Part shown: one piece after another, positions 52,716 to 63,012 of the stretch
Numbering within the stretch: position 1 is the stretch's first letter
How the letters are laid out: each line of letters begins with the position of its first letter
Assembly (NCBI GenBank): GCA_963755915.1
Contig: CAVWLP010000003.1
Coordinates: 1,312,001-1,376,000, forward strand
Length of the DNA stretch: 64,000 bases
Source of the DNA: an uncultured Phycisphaerales bacterium
GTDB taxonomy: Bacteria > Planctomycetota > Phycisphaerae > Tepidisphaerales > Tepidisphaeraceae
Direction of reading: 5' to 3'
Position numbers and translations under genes: made by a program
Notes under the pieces: model-generated
Database searches by the model: none
Seen by the model: only the letters and a program-made list of their open reading frames with translations
Told to the model about the DNA's origin: nothing

Positions 52716-53291
52716 CTATTGAGGCGTGCCTTCCCATTGCCTGGCGGCCAGTTCACACAGGCTTTCGATCATGCTCACCTGAAGACTGTCCGGTTCGTTG
52801 GCCTGGAGTGTCAACTTCACCGCTTTTCGGTTCCATCCCGTCATATGTTTGACGAAATCCGGCGGGTTCGACGGGTTATTCACGTCCATCTGCTCAATCG
52901 CAAGAACATGTTTGGGCGAACTGGCGGGTGAATACTGGGCGCCATTTTTGACCAGCAATTTCGCACTGACGGCCTTGGCCAACACGTTCGGCAGATAGAC
53001 CGCGAGCGATCCATCGCGATTGTCTTCCAGCGCGAAAACCTGCATGCGGTATTTTCCATCGGCGATGAAAAACCGCACCACCTGCAATCCGACGGTGCTG
53101 ATCGCCTTGGGCGCCAATTCCCCGAGCTTCACAACCAATCGCCGCCAGAGCTTGCCATGCGCGGTATCAGCCTCTCCATCGCACACCGCCAGATGCTTTT
53201 CGATGTTGACACGATCGCGCGCTCCGGTCTTGGCGAGCAATTCTTCGAGTCGCGCGTCGATGCCCGGCACCTGCGATGCATTCATCAGCAT
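52716..53291 (-). CDS. Hypothetical protein
   Basis: About 190 aa with an AAGGAG RBS; FFIADGKYRMQVFALED and HMTGWNRKA look like conserved motifs. Confidence 0.65.
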   Translation of the reverse strand: MLMNASQVPGIDARLEELLAKTGARDRVNIEKHLAVCDGEADTAHGKLWRRLVVKLGELAPKAISTVGLQVVRFFIADGKYRMQVFALEDNRDGSLAVYLPNVLAKAVSAKLLVKNGAQYSPASSPKHVLAIEQMDVNNPSNPPDFVKHMTGWNRKAVKLTLQANEPDSLQVSMIESLCELAARQWEGTPQ

Positions 53292-53388
53292 GGAAACTCC
53301 TTGCGAGGCAATAAAATCGGCGGTGAGCATGGCGCTTGCTCCTCACCGCCGATATGTTTTAGCGATTCGACTGAACGGGGCGGCCGAT

Positions 53389-53750
53389 TCAATACCGGCT
53401 GCGGCCACCACCGCCGCCACCATATCCACCGCCGCCGCCTTTGCTGCGGCCACCGCCGCCGCCGCCATATCCACCACCGCCACCGCCGCCACGGGGCCGC
53501 TCTTCGCGGGGCTTGGCTTCGTTCACGGTCAGGGCACGGCCACCGACTTCCTTGCCGTTCAGCGCGCCGATGGCGGCCTTGGCTTCTTCATCGCTGGCCA
53601 TCTGCACAAACCCGAAGCCTTTGCTTCGGCCAGTTTCGCGATCGGCGATAATTTCGGCATCTGCACCGCGCCATGAGGCGAAAACAGTTGTTCCAGTTCC
53701 GAACCTGTGACGTTGTAGCTCAGGTTCCCGACGTATAACTTGCTTCCCAT
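53389..53750 (-). CDS. RRM RNA-binding protein 2 (frameshifted)
   Basis: [30 protein letters not shown] and a Gly-rich tail. Confidence 0.9.
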
Positions 53751-54411
53751 ATGGGTAGTTCCTCTAAAGGGCTTTTGCGCCGACTCGATAATTCCGCGAC
53801 GCACCGGAAGTGGGCCAAGGGGCCCGTTGGTAGGAAAGCGAGGGAGAGACTTAGGACGGGAACTGAGATGTTTATCAGCGCTCGTGCCGAGAGACTCGGT
53901 CGTCGAACTTACCGGCTCCATTCTAGCAGGTTTGTCAGGCAAAGTCCATTCCAGTTCGGTGGGCAATCGTCTCTGTCCGCGATTTAGCAGTGGATTGCCC
54001 GGTAATTCGCGCTACGCTTCATTATCGACTGTTGCCATTTCCAAACCTTCATGGAGCGTGAAGGCTTTCGTGATTCGTCGCGTTATTCTATGGAGAGGGT
54101 GTGTCCTATGTCAGCTTCAGATCAAGCAGTTGTGGATTTCCTGAGCGACTGTACCGGATCGGCCCCGCATAAGCTGAAAGTCGCCCTAACGCTGGCGGAA
54201 TCGATGGTGTGTGAACTGAAGTTAAGCCTCGGCGAATGGGAACTGACGGTAAAAAACTTGCAGGCCGTCAAAACCGCGGCTGAATGGGCAATGAATTAGT
54301 CCGGAATGTGAAGCTGTGCCTGTCAAGGCGTCTGCACCAACTGGATCAGCATTCTACTCCCCGCCGCTCTTCTCCGCATGATATGATCCTCGCCTTACTC
54401 TCAGGAGGATC

Positions 54412-56094
54412 ATGTCCAACGTCTCGATGTCGAAAATAAAATCGCGTCCCCGCATCCACACTCTCGCCCTTCTGGCAATCCTCGCCCCACTGCTCTCGGT
54501 AATCGGCTGCGACAAATCCTCTCCATCGGTCGACGCTGCTCCCCCCACCACGTCACCTTCCGCATCAATGCCCCCCGCAGCAACGTCCCCCGCATCAACC
54601 TCCGCCGCAGCGGATGTCCCCGGCGGCTACAGCCTTGCCGCCTCCACCGATTCCGGAAAATCGCTTGTCACCCAGAAGCCCAATATCGCCTCCGTGCAGG
54701 CTGCCCTGATGTCTACATTCCCCGATCTGGAAACCTATTTCGGCAACCGCCCGCAGATCGGCTCCGCTTATCAGGACGCACATGATTCCACCAGCGGCGG
54801 CGCAACCTTCAGCGCGATCTATCACAACCAGCCGGTTCGCGGCATCGTCTCCTGCAAGCTCCACGACGGCGGCGCCGCCGTTGCCGTCGTCTTCGGCCGC
54901 ACCGATGCCCCAAAATCCGACTGGGAAAAGCTGATGAAGCCCGCGCCTGCGGCCCAACCCCCCGCCGCAGCTTCCCCTACCGGAGCTGCGCCCGCCGCTC
55001 CCGTCGCCGCCACTCCCGACGCCTCCACCCCCAGCATCCCGCTGAATGAATATGATTACGCCGACGGCACCGGCAGCGTTGGCCTCGCCGACGGCTGGAC
55101 CACCAAGTCTCAGTCCGCCTGCGATCCCACGGCCATTACCGGCCCCGCCGACCAGATGGTCGTCCTCCACAACAGCGCCAACGTCTCCACCCCCGATTCC
55201 ATGGCCGTGAGACAGCGGCAGAACCTGCTGGCGATGCAGGCCCAGAACTCCGCCAACTACGCGCGGATGGGAATGAATCTCCCCGCCCCCAAGCCGCTGC
55301 CGCCTCTGCTCGTCGCCCCCTTCACCGACCCGGTCACCGCGATTCAGAACATGATTCCCCAGTTCAGCAAACGCAGCGAATTTTATAACGGCCCATCCGT
55401 CGCCCTCGACAAAATCCTCTCCTCGCAGGATCTCCCCTGTGCGTTGCCGAACGGGAAACGCGCCCTCATCGACTACACTTTCACCCGCACACAAAACGAC
55501 CAGTCCACGTTAATGCGCGTCCGGATCATGTTGGTGGTCGCTCCCATTGGCCAGGAAGACCCTCCCACCTCCTGGATGTGGTTCTGCGCTAAGGGTATGC
55601 AGGCCCCGGATGCCACCTTCGATCGCGATCTGCCCATCATGCAGGCGATCGCCAATTCCGAGAAGGTCAACCAGGACCGCGCGATGCAGGTGGTGCAGGC
55701 CCGCAATCAGCAGATGCAGCAGATGTCCAAGCAGATGGCGGCTGCCGCCAACGCTCAGATGCAGGCGCAGTATCGCCAGTTCCAGCAGGACCAGCAGACC
55801 CGTGCCGACATCCACCAGCAGTATATGGCCCAAACCCAGGCCGGTTACGACGCCCACAACGCCCAGTTCGCCAACTACGAATGGCAGCGATCGCGCAGCT
55901 CCGCCGACTTCGATGAATCGATCATCGGCACCCGCACCATCTACGACACCGTCACCGGCGAAAGCGGCTACGCCAACCTTTCGGATGTCAACGGCGTCGT
56001 CGATTCGCTCAACCAGGCGGCGCTCGATCCCAACCGATTTGTTCAGATTCCCCTCCGCGACCAGCTTTACCCGAACCCGCCGCCGAGTAAGTGA
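54412..56094 (+). CDS. Putative lipoprotein with a Gln-rich coiled-coil C-terminal part
   Basis: Signal ending SVIGC, P/A/S linkers, Q/M-rich helix. Confidence 0.7.
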   Translation: MSNVSMSKIKSRPRIHTLALLAILAPLLSVIGCDKSSPSVDAAPPTTSPSASMPPAATSPASTSAAADVPGGYSLAASTDSGKSLVTQKPNIASVQAALMSTFPDLETYFGNRPQIGSAYQDAHDSTSGGATFSAIYHNQPVRGIVSCKLHDGGAAVAVVFGRTDAPKSDWEKLMKPAPAAQPPAAASPTGAAPAAPVAATPDASTPSIPLNEYDYADGTGSVGLADGWTTKSQSACDPTAITGPADQMVVLHNSANVSTPDSMAVRQRQNLLAMQAQNSANYARMGMNLPAPKPLPPLLVAPFTDPVTAIQNMIPQFSKRSEFYNGPSVALDKILSSQDLPCALPNGKRALIDYTFTRTQNDQSTLMRVRIMLVVAPIGQEDPPTSWMWFCAKGMQAPDATFDRDLPIMQAIANSEKVNQDRAMQVVQARNQQMQQMSKQMAAAANAQMQAQYRQFQQDQQTRADIHQQYMAQTQAGYDAHNAQFANYEWQRSRSSADFDESIIGTRTIYDTVTGESGYANLSDVNGVVDSLNQAALDPNRFVQIPLRDQLYPNPPPSK

Positions 56095-56604
56095 GTGCCG
56101 AAGCGAATTCCTTCGCCGCGCGATTCTTTCCGGTCTACTCCTCTACTTTCTAGAGCATTTTCATTTCAATCGTAGCGTCTGCGTTGCTTTGGGCGAGGTT
56201 GGCCGCAAGGAAGAACGACGAAGCGGGTTTGAATAGACCCGTTAAGGAGCGATGACGCCGCGGACGACCTCGCCCAAAGCAACCCCGAAGGGGTCGCCGA
56301 AGGCGACGCGGACGCTACGAGTGAGATGAAACTGCTCTGGTGTTCCTCTTTCTCGCGCAGCGCTGGGCCTTCAAGACAAAATTGGACAGTCCGCAACAAG
56401 ATGGGATGGATAGATAAGCTGGATAAGGCAAAAGCGAGGCCTTTGCCCCTAGCTGACCACATTGGTGGATTTCTGATTTTCCCCTCCCCTGGTGCTGCGG
56501 CGGAGGGCGGGGGTTGGGGCGGGGGAGGGGTCGCGGACGTCGCCTCCTTAACCCTCGTAATGGCGCGCAGATTAGCGCGCTCACTAATGAAGGGAGGGAC
56601 TGCA

Positions 56605-56779
56605 TTAGCTTTCGCCTTGCGGTTTCGTTCGCTTTCGGGGCAACGATTTCTTGGAACGCGCAAGGTAACGATGCACCATTTGATCAAACATCCGCGGAAA
56701 CTCGATCATGAAAATGTGCGTGTCCTTGTCTTGGAATTCTTCCATAAAAGGACCGTGCATCATCATGTCGCGAAAGCGG
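56605..56779 (-). pseudogene. 3' part of the TIR-domain gene cut off by IS21
   Basis: In frame with the 5' part once the IS is removed: HRFRDMMMHGPFMEEFQDKDTHIFMIEFPRM..GES*. Confidence 0.8.
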
Positions 56780-56901
56780 TGTCACGGGGCGCGCCAAAAC
56801 CAGCCAGGGCGGGGCGCTTCAAAACCGGCCAATGTGCTGACGTATTCTATACCGCATCCGTTCTATCCGACGCAACTGTTCCTTGAGTTATTGGTCCCCG
56901 T

Positions 56902-57792
56902 TCACGCCGTCTGGCCGGCGGATACCCCCACATCAGAAGACAACGGCGGCTCTGTCACGGTGTCTTCCGGGGGGGAGCACCCTTCATCGCCGGCGGTACT
57001 CCGCCGTCCTTTTGGATTTGTCTTTTCCGGTGTCCCGGATTGGCCTGCCGTGAGCGAAGTCGAATGGCCCCCATGCCGAAGGCGGTAGCTCTTGCCGGTG
57101 ATGTTGATGATCGTGGCGTGCTGCAGGAACCGATCCAGAATGGCCGTGGCCGCCGGCACGTCGCCGATCAGCTTGGCCCAGTCCTCCAGTGGACGGTTGC
57201 TGGTCATCATCGTCGAGCGGTTCTCGTGCCGGCGCATGACGATCTCCAGCAGGCATTCGCCGCTGCGCCGCGGAAGCTGCTTCATTCCCATGTCGTCGAT
57301 GATAAGCAGATCAGGCTTGAGATACCGGGCCAGCGTCTTGTCCTGGGCTCCCAGATCCTCGTCGCCTAAAAAGTCGCGGGCCAGGTCGAAGATGGATCGG
57401 TACAGGACCACCAAGCCGCTCTTGATCGCCTGGTGTCCGATGGCCTGGGCCAAAAACGATTTGCCCACGCCGGGCGGACCCAGCAAGAGCACGTCACGTT
57501 TGTCACGAATGAACTGGCCGGCGGCCAGATCGTGAATCTGTTTGCGTTTGATGGAGGTGTTGAAGGAGAAGTCGAACTCGTCGAGGTTTTTGGTGTCGCG
57601 GAACATCGCCGCCTTGACGCGCCGGCCGATCTGCCGGCTGGATCGGACGTTCAGTTCATCCTGAAGGATCAGTTCCAAAAACTCACTGTGGTCGAGCCGA
57701 TTGCCGGCCGCCTCGCTCAGGCGAACTTCAAGGCTGCTCGCCAGACCTGAAAGCCGAAGTTGCTTGAGCGTCTGCATCAACGAAGGTCTCAT
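56902..57792 (-). CDS. istB: IS21 helper ATPase IstB
   Basis: GPPGVGKS, LLIIDDMG, TSNRP, AILDRF and SYRLR motifs. Confidence 0.95.
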   Translation of the reverse strand: MRPSLMQTLKQLRLSGLASSLEVRLSEAAGNRLDHSEFLELILQDELNVRSSRQIGRRVKAAMFRDTKNLDEFDFSFNTSIKRKQIHDLAAGQFIRDKRDVLLLGPPGVGKSFLAQAIGHQAIKSGLVVLYRSIFDLARDFLGDEDLGAQDKTLARYLKPDLLIIDDMGMKQLPRRSGECLLEIVMRRHENRSTMMTSNRPLEDWAKLIGDVPAATAILDRFLQHATIINITGKSYRLRHGGHSTSLTAGQSGTPEKTNPKGRRSTAGDEGCSPPEDTVTEPPLSSDVGVSAGQTA

Positions 57793-59685
57793 GGGGTGGA
57801 CTCCCTTCGGCTCTGCTCAGGGCAGGCCTGTAAAGGTTGTGCGGCAGGCAAAGCCTCCGCTTGGGTGATTGCGTCGCGTACGAACTGTCCGTAATCGGCC
57901 AGTCCGCGGATGATTGGATGTTCCTGAACAAACTCGAAGTGTTGTTGAACCGGCGCGCCGTTTTGGTGTTCGATGAGCTGCCGCAGGGAGCGCAGGTGAT
58001 ACGCGCCATGCCCCAGAGCAATCTCGCAGGCTCGTTCCACGGCCGGTCGCGGCTGCTGATTGGCCAGCGACAGCAGCCCCATCAACACGCGCACGCCTTC
58101 GATGCCGCGATGCTGAAGCATTGACTGCGCCACTGCGTGGCGTGCGGCCCGATGCATTCGATCCGCTGGAGAAGCCAGGTCGTTCCACGCTCGATGCCGC
58201 TGATCTTCTCCGGCAGGATATGGGCGTCTTGCGTCGAGAACCTGCCCGGCGGACGCTGCGCGTGCAGAGCGATCGCACGCATCTTCTGATCGAACAGCCG
58301 GACCGTGCGCCGTCCCACCGCGCCCAGACCCGCTGGCCCAAAAACTCCGGCGGGACCGAATAGTACGCCCCCTTGATCTCCACGTGCCCGTCGCGGTGAA
58401 CACTGCGCAACGCCTCGGTGAAAAGATCGAATCGCACCGGCGGCAGAGCCAACAGTGCCGGCTTCTCTACCTGCTCGAAGACTTCCTTCACCTGCCGCCG
58501 CGTCGTGCCGTGGATGCGCGTGTCGGCCACGCTCTTCTCCCACGTCAGCAGATGCGCGTTCTGATCCGAGAGCGAGGCGAATTGCCGGCCTTTGAGAGCA
58601 TTGCTCTTCACATAGCCGATGCCCCGCTCGATCTTCCCCTTGTGCCGCGGCGTGTACGGCTTGGTGGGCAGAATGGCGATTCCATAATGTTCGGCGAACG
58701 ACCGGACCTTGGGACACAACTCCGCCTCGAACCAGTCCGCCCGCGTCACCGCCGCGCGAAGATTGTCGATCACCAGCGCTGACGGCATCCCGCCGAAGTG
58801 CGTAAAGGCATTTTCCAGACAACGCAGAAAATCATCGGTCGTCTGCCGCTCCACCGCCTCGGCGTACCCCTTGCGGCTGTGGCTCAGCACAATGCGGAAG
58901 ACCCAGGTTGCTTTGCGTTTGCCGTCAGGACCGACCAGGGCGCACCCCGGCCGAAGTCCACCTGCGCCTCGGCTCCCGGCTCGCATTCCATCCGGCGAAA
59001 GGGCGCCGGCGCGGCAGCCGAGAGCTTCTTGATGAACCGGCGCACGCTGTAATAGCTGCCGGCATAGCCGTGATCGCTGGAGATGTCTTGATAAATCCGC
59101 TGGGCCGTCAGCCCGGCTTCCAACTTCTGAACAATGACCTCACGCCAGGGCGATGCCGTACTGACCGACCCGATGGGCGCGCCGGATAACCCGGTGGGCG
59201 CGCTCTCCGAGCCGCCTGCGGCGAGCACCGTCGAGCCGCCTGCGGCGAGCACCGTCGAGCCGCCTGCGGCGAGCACCGTCGAGCCGCCTGCGGCGAGCAC
59301 CGTCGAGCCGCCTGCGGCGAGCACCGTCGAGCCGCCTGCGGCGAGCACCGTCGAGCCGCCTGCGGCGAGCACCGTCGAGCCGCCTGCGGCGAGCACCGTC
59401 GAGCCGCCTGCGGCGAGCACCGTCGAGCCGCCTGCGGCGAGCACCGTCGAGCCGCCTGCGGCGAGCACCGTCGAGCCGCCTGCGGCGAGCACCGTCGAGC
59501 CGAGGGGCGCGCTGGCCGGTTTTGAATCCGATCCGGGCGCCGCAGGATCGCCGCCCGACAACCGGATGTGGCGTCCAACGGTCTCCCGGTGAACGCCGAG
59601 TTGGCGGGCGATGTTCCGATTGGACCAGCCGCTGCGCAAGTGCCAAAATTGCTTGTACTTCCGCCATCTTGAGTTGATTGGCCAT
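57789..59685 (-). CDS. istA: IS21 transposase IstA (frameshifted)
   Basis: HTH (NIARQLGVHRETV), EAQVDFG, VIDNLRA, KGKIERG and RIHGTT motifs. Confidence 0.92.
59209..59502. repeat. Perfect tandem repeat, 12 x 24 bp, inside istA
   Basis: GAGCCGCCTGCGGCGAGCACCGTC x12; encodes STVLAAGG. Confidence 0.97.
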
Positions 59686-59801
59686 CCCACCATTGGCTTG
59701 CGGCAACCGCCGAAAGCCAAGGTCGATAACCCAATCTCCTGTGCCTCAAAATGGCCGGTTTTGGTGCGCCCTCAATTGGCCGGTTTTGCGCGCCCATGAC
59801 A

Positions 59802-60715
59802 AAGCGGTGCAGGCGATGAATTTCTCGCTCGGCACCCTCGACATCGCCGGATTTGATCGCTTCGTAGGTCGCCCGAGCAATCTCGTAAAACCACGGCATT
59901 TCGTCGCGGACCATACTCGCCGCCAGCAGAATGCCGAGCGGATCATCAAATTCTCGCCCATCCATGTGCATTATTTCTTCCAAAATCAGCGGGTGAAAAC
60001 GACGACCCCGGCGCCGACCAAATGGACGAACTGCGTCTGAGATTCGCGCCTCTAATCGCGAGGGCAAATCCTGAAACATCACCTTCACCTCTTCGAAGAG
60101 CTTTGCGGCGGAGCCATCATCGGATTTCTTCGGCGGGGGAACCGCCGAGGCGCTCCCAATATTTTTCAGCAGTTCGGATGTCTTCTTTGAAAACTCGGCG
60201 ACCTGCGAATCGACAATGCTTTTTTGCGGATCGGCGTTTGGAAGGCGTCGAGCGAGCTGTATCACGAGCTTGGAAATCGACTCAAGATCGTCATCACAGT
60301 TTTGAAACTGGGCAAACGGGCCTGTGGATGCCTGCGAAAGGGGAACGCCAAGTGCCAATCCATGTACCGGCGTGTCGAGCTTTCCCTTGGCAACGCCCGC
60401 CTCGTAGAGGATCCAAGGCCGCCCGAGACTGTGTTGAGTAAGCAAGCAAACCACATCAGACGCCTGCTCAAGATTCTTCATGATTTCTGGGTACCACTCC
60501 GAGCCGTATTCAAGTCCTTGCTTCCCAGATTTGTCGGATGACCGAAATGACTTGAGCATTCCGCATGTCACGTTGCTGAGTAGGGAGCTAAAGGCTTCGG
60601 CTAACGCCGCGTCACGGGTGTCATGGCTGATGAAAACGAGCGCTTTGCCGGTGGGCACGGATGGTCCAGTGCTAGCATCGTTGTTGCGCACAGCCTGCTT
60701 TTGAAGCTTCGACAT
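59802..60715 (-). pseudogene. TIR-domain protein, 5' part (IS21-disrupted)
   Basis: VFISHDTRD..VVCLLTQHSLGRPWILYEAG TIR motifs. Confidence 0.88.
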
Positions 60716-60820
60716 GATTGCCCTCAACCTAATTGTAGCTGAAGCATCGATTTGGCGGCAAGTTTTTGCGAACGAACGAAGGCCAGAGCGACCATATCAT
60801 CGTATCGTGACCACGATAAG

Positions 60821-61330
60821 CTAGATTATTCCGGCTTTCTGAAATTGAGTAATGACCCTCATGAACGCCTTTTCATCGGGGAAGCCTTGAAGATCAGAGA
60901 AAGGACCATTGTTTGACGGAAGCGCAATTGTTGGTCCAACCGCGCCAACCCCGCTCGCCGCAACGATATCCCAAAATGCTTGAGGTACATTGTAGTTTGT
61001 CCGTCCATCCCAGTTACCGTGCTGTATAAATAATCCGGAACTTGCAGTGCTCGTCGAAGTAACTGCAACAGCGAACGGCTGTTGGTCAAGCGCGAAGTCC
61101 TTTTGGTCAACCCGATAAAGGTTGCATACCAATATTGTGGTGTCGTTTGCAGTCGTCGAGGACATGAGAAGCGCTTCGGGGCATTTCGCCTGAAGGGCAG
61201 CGGATATCACCGAGGGGAGTTCGTCCTGACTAAGGACCATGTAGCCAGGATCACACTTAATCTGTTGCTTTAAGGCGATTAGCTCTTGGACTTGCTGATG
61301 TTTAACATCAATCCAATCGTATTTGGCCAT
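60821..61330 (-). CDS. Hypothetical protein upstream of the TIR gene
   Basis: About 170-aa lower-GC ORF, co-oriented with the TIR gene. Confidence 0.6.
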   Translation of the reverse strand: MAKYDWIDVKHQQVQELIALKQQIKCDPGYMVLSQDELPSVISAALQAKCPEALLMSSTTANDTTILVCNLYRVDQKDFALDQQPFAVAVTSTSTASSGLFIQHGNWDGRTNYNVPQAFWDIVAASGVGAVGPTIALPSNNGPFSDLQGFPDEKAFMRVITQFQKAGII

Positions 61331-61548
61331 ACAAAATATTTTATACGGGCTTTCCACGGATTAAACCTTAAACCCTGAATCCGGGACATTCAGACAATCA
61401 CCTATTATTCGACCAACGAACGGGTGGCTTTTCCTCAGCATTTCAAATCTTACAACTGCCCGCAGAAAACTAGGGCCGTCTCCGACGGTCAATCTGCAAA
61501 CGCCGGAGCCCTTCGGCTTTGCTCCAGCGTGAAAGTATATCCGGGGCA

Positions 61549-61597
61549 AAATGGGGTTGGGTTCCGTTCCAGAGAAAACGGAACCTAACCCCTATTT
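61549..61597. repeat. Palindromic element, copy 1
   Basis: Hairpin sharing TTCCGTTCCAGAGAAAACGGAACCT with 62403-62450. Confidence 0.7.
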
Positions 61598-61730
61598 GCT
61601 CTTAACCCAGCGACGCGTCCAACCGACGGATTCATGGCGGCCATTCATCAAACATTAAAGATGCCGTTGACGCATCGGCCACGCTGGTCCCGTGGCCGTT
61701 GGGTTGCTGTCACCGACTGCCCGGTTCAAA

Positions 61731-61764
61731 AAAGAAAAGAGCCGCGGTAAAGCGGCCCTTTTCT
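61731..61764 (-). terminator. Terminator after RRM gene 3
   Basis: GCCGC-GGTAAA-GCGGC hairpin with a T run on the minus strand. Confidence 0.6.
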
Positions 61765-61786
61765 GCTAATGATTTGCCGTTAACGC

Positions 61787-62135
61787 TTAGCGGCCGCGTG
61801 ACCCGCCGGCATAACCCGAATTGGATCGGTTGCCGTCGGCGTATCCGCGGCCACCGCCGGCGCCACCACCACCGCCGCTGCGGTTTTCCTTCGGCTTGGC
61901 TTCGTTAACCGTCAGCGCCCGTCCGCCGACTTCCTGTCCATTCAGCGCCGCGATCGCCGCCTGCGCTTCGGCCTGGCTACCCATCTCGACAAATCCAAAG
62001 CCCTTGCTTCGGCCCGTGTCGCGATCGGTGATGATTTGCGAGCTCTCGACGGTTCCGTGCGGGGGTGAACATTTCCCCCAGTGCGGCACTTTCCACGTCG
62101 TAGCTCAGATTTCCAACATACAACTTCTTACCCAT
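61787..62135 (-). CDS. RRM RNA-binding protein 3 (frameshifted)
   Basis: [30 protein letters not shown] and a Gly-rich tail; AAGGAG RBS. Confidence 0.9.
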
Positions 62136-62402
62136 GTGATTCTCCTTTTTGAGAATGGGCAACAGACCAGGTATTTTACTTTCGAGGTCAAACAAAAGAG
62201 GCCAGAAACATCGGCCCAGACAGGCCGGAGGGATGAGGGTATTAGAGACAGCAGGCAGGAACAAACTGCAGCAGAATCTGATTCGATCAGCGGACCAACC
62301 GAAGCCACTGTATCCGAAAGCCGCGGCCGTGTCCATTTATTTCCCGAATCGGTACGGGTGCAGTCATTTCAGCTGTTTGGCCGGCCGGCCTGACTTCGGG
62401 GG

Positions 62403-62450
62403 AAAAGGGGTCAGATTCCGTTCCAGAGAAAACGGAACCTGGCCCCTTTT
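62403..62450. repeat. Palindromic element, copy 2
   Basis: AAAAGGGGTCAG..CTGGCCCCTTTT hairpin with the same core as copy 1. Confidence 0.7.
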
Positions 62451-62486
62451 TGCTCTGCGTCGACAACCCCGAGTCGCGAGTTGCAA

Positions 62487-62542
62487 GTAGAAGCGGCGTC
62501 CCGCCGCATTCCCGCATGCCAGCGGCGGGACGCCGCTTCTGC
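62487..62542. repeat. GTAG-type REP-doublet-like element
   Basis: GTAGAAGCGGCGTCCCGCCGC and its inverted copy, 20/21 match. Confidence 0.65.
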
Positions 62543-62739
62543 GATGACACCATAGGGCCACAATAGAATACAGAGAGTGCCAAAGGCCGAATATCGCGTA
62601 CCCTAGTTTTCCCATCTTGCCCAGCTTGTTGCGGACTGTTACCTTTTGTACCCGATGCCCGGCGCACAAAAAAATCATTGGGCGGCGCCATCGCGAGTTC
62701 CGGCACTGCGTAATTCGTCAGGGCCGAGTCGAAGTTTGC

Positions 62740-62865
62740 GCGGCGGCGGGCGGAGGAATAGACGGCATTCAAATGGCGCGAGACGAGTTCGGCGAAGGCG
62801 GCGTGGGAGTCAGCGACGAAGTCGGTGAGGAGCCGGGAATCGGAGGATGGGGAGTGCTGAACCAT
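62740..62865 (-). pseudogene. N-terminal remnant of an ECF sigma factor
   Basis: SDSRLLTDF..AAFAELVSRHLNAVYSSARR, after which similarity is lost. Confidence 0.55.
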
Positions 62866-62940
62866 CGGCCGTCAATATATGTGTTGCCGCCGGGGGGTTG
62901 GACAGAAATACCAGAGGATTTTCAGGGGGCTGCGGATGAA

Positions 62941-62970
62941 AAGAAAGGGGCCCGCCGGAAGGCGGGCCCC
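62941..62970 (-). terminator. Terminator after the prepilin-like gene
   Basis: GGGGCCCGCC-GGAA-GGCGGGCCCC followed by TTTCTT on the minus strand. Confidence 0.75.
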
Positions 62971-63012
62971 GATTAGGCTCTGCTTGGTCGGACGCTTCCG
63001 GCAACTACTTGG

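Larger units (their letters stand above)
56780..59801 (-). mobile_element. IS21-family insertion sequence
   Basis: TGTCA...TGACA ends, each with repeated CAAAACCRGCCA boxes; 6-bp duplication AAGCGG (56774-56779 and 59802-59807); istA and istB inside. Confidence 0.95.

Noticed and set aside
56326-56886. 186-aa plus-strand ORF
   Set aside because: It crosses the IS21 boundary and is antisense to the TIR gene 3' fragment.
59209-59502. CRISPR array
   Set aside because: The units are contiguous with no spacers, lie in frame inside istA, and no cas genes are present.
59108-60727. 539-aa TIR plus repeat fusion protein from the ORF track
   Set aside because: It arises from readthrough into the IS21 end at 59801; the natural C-terminus is at 56605-56779.
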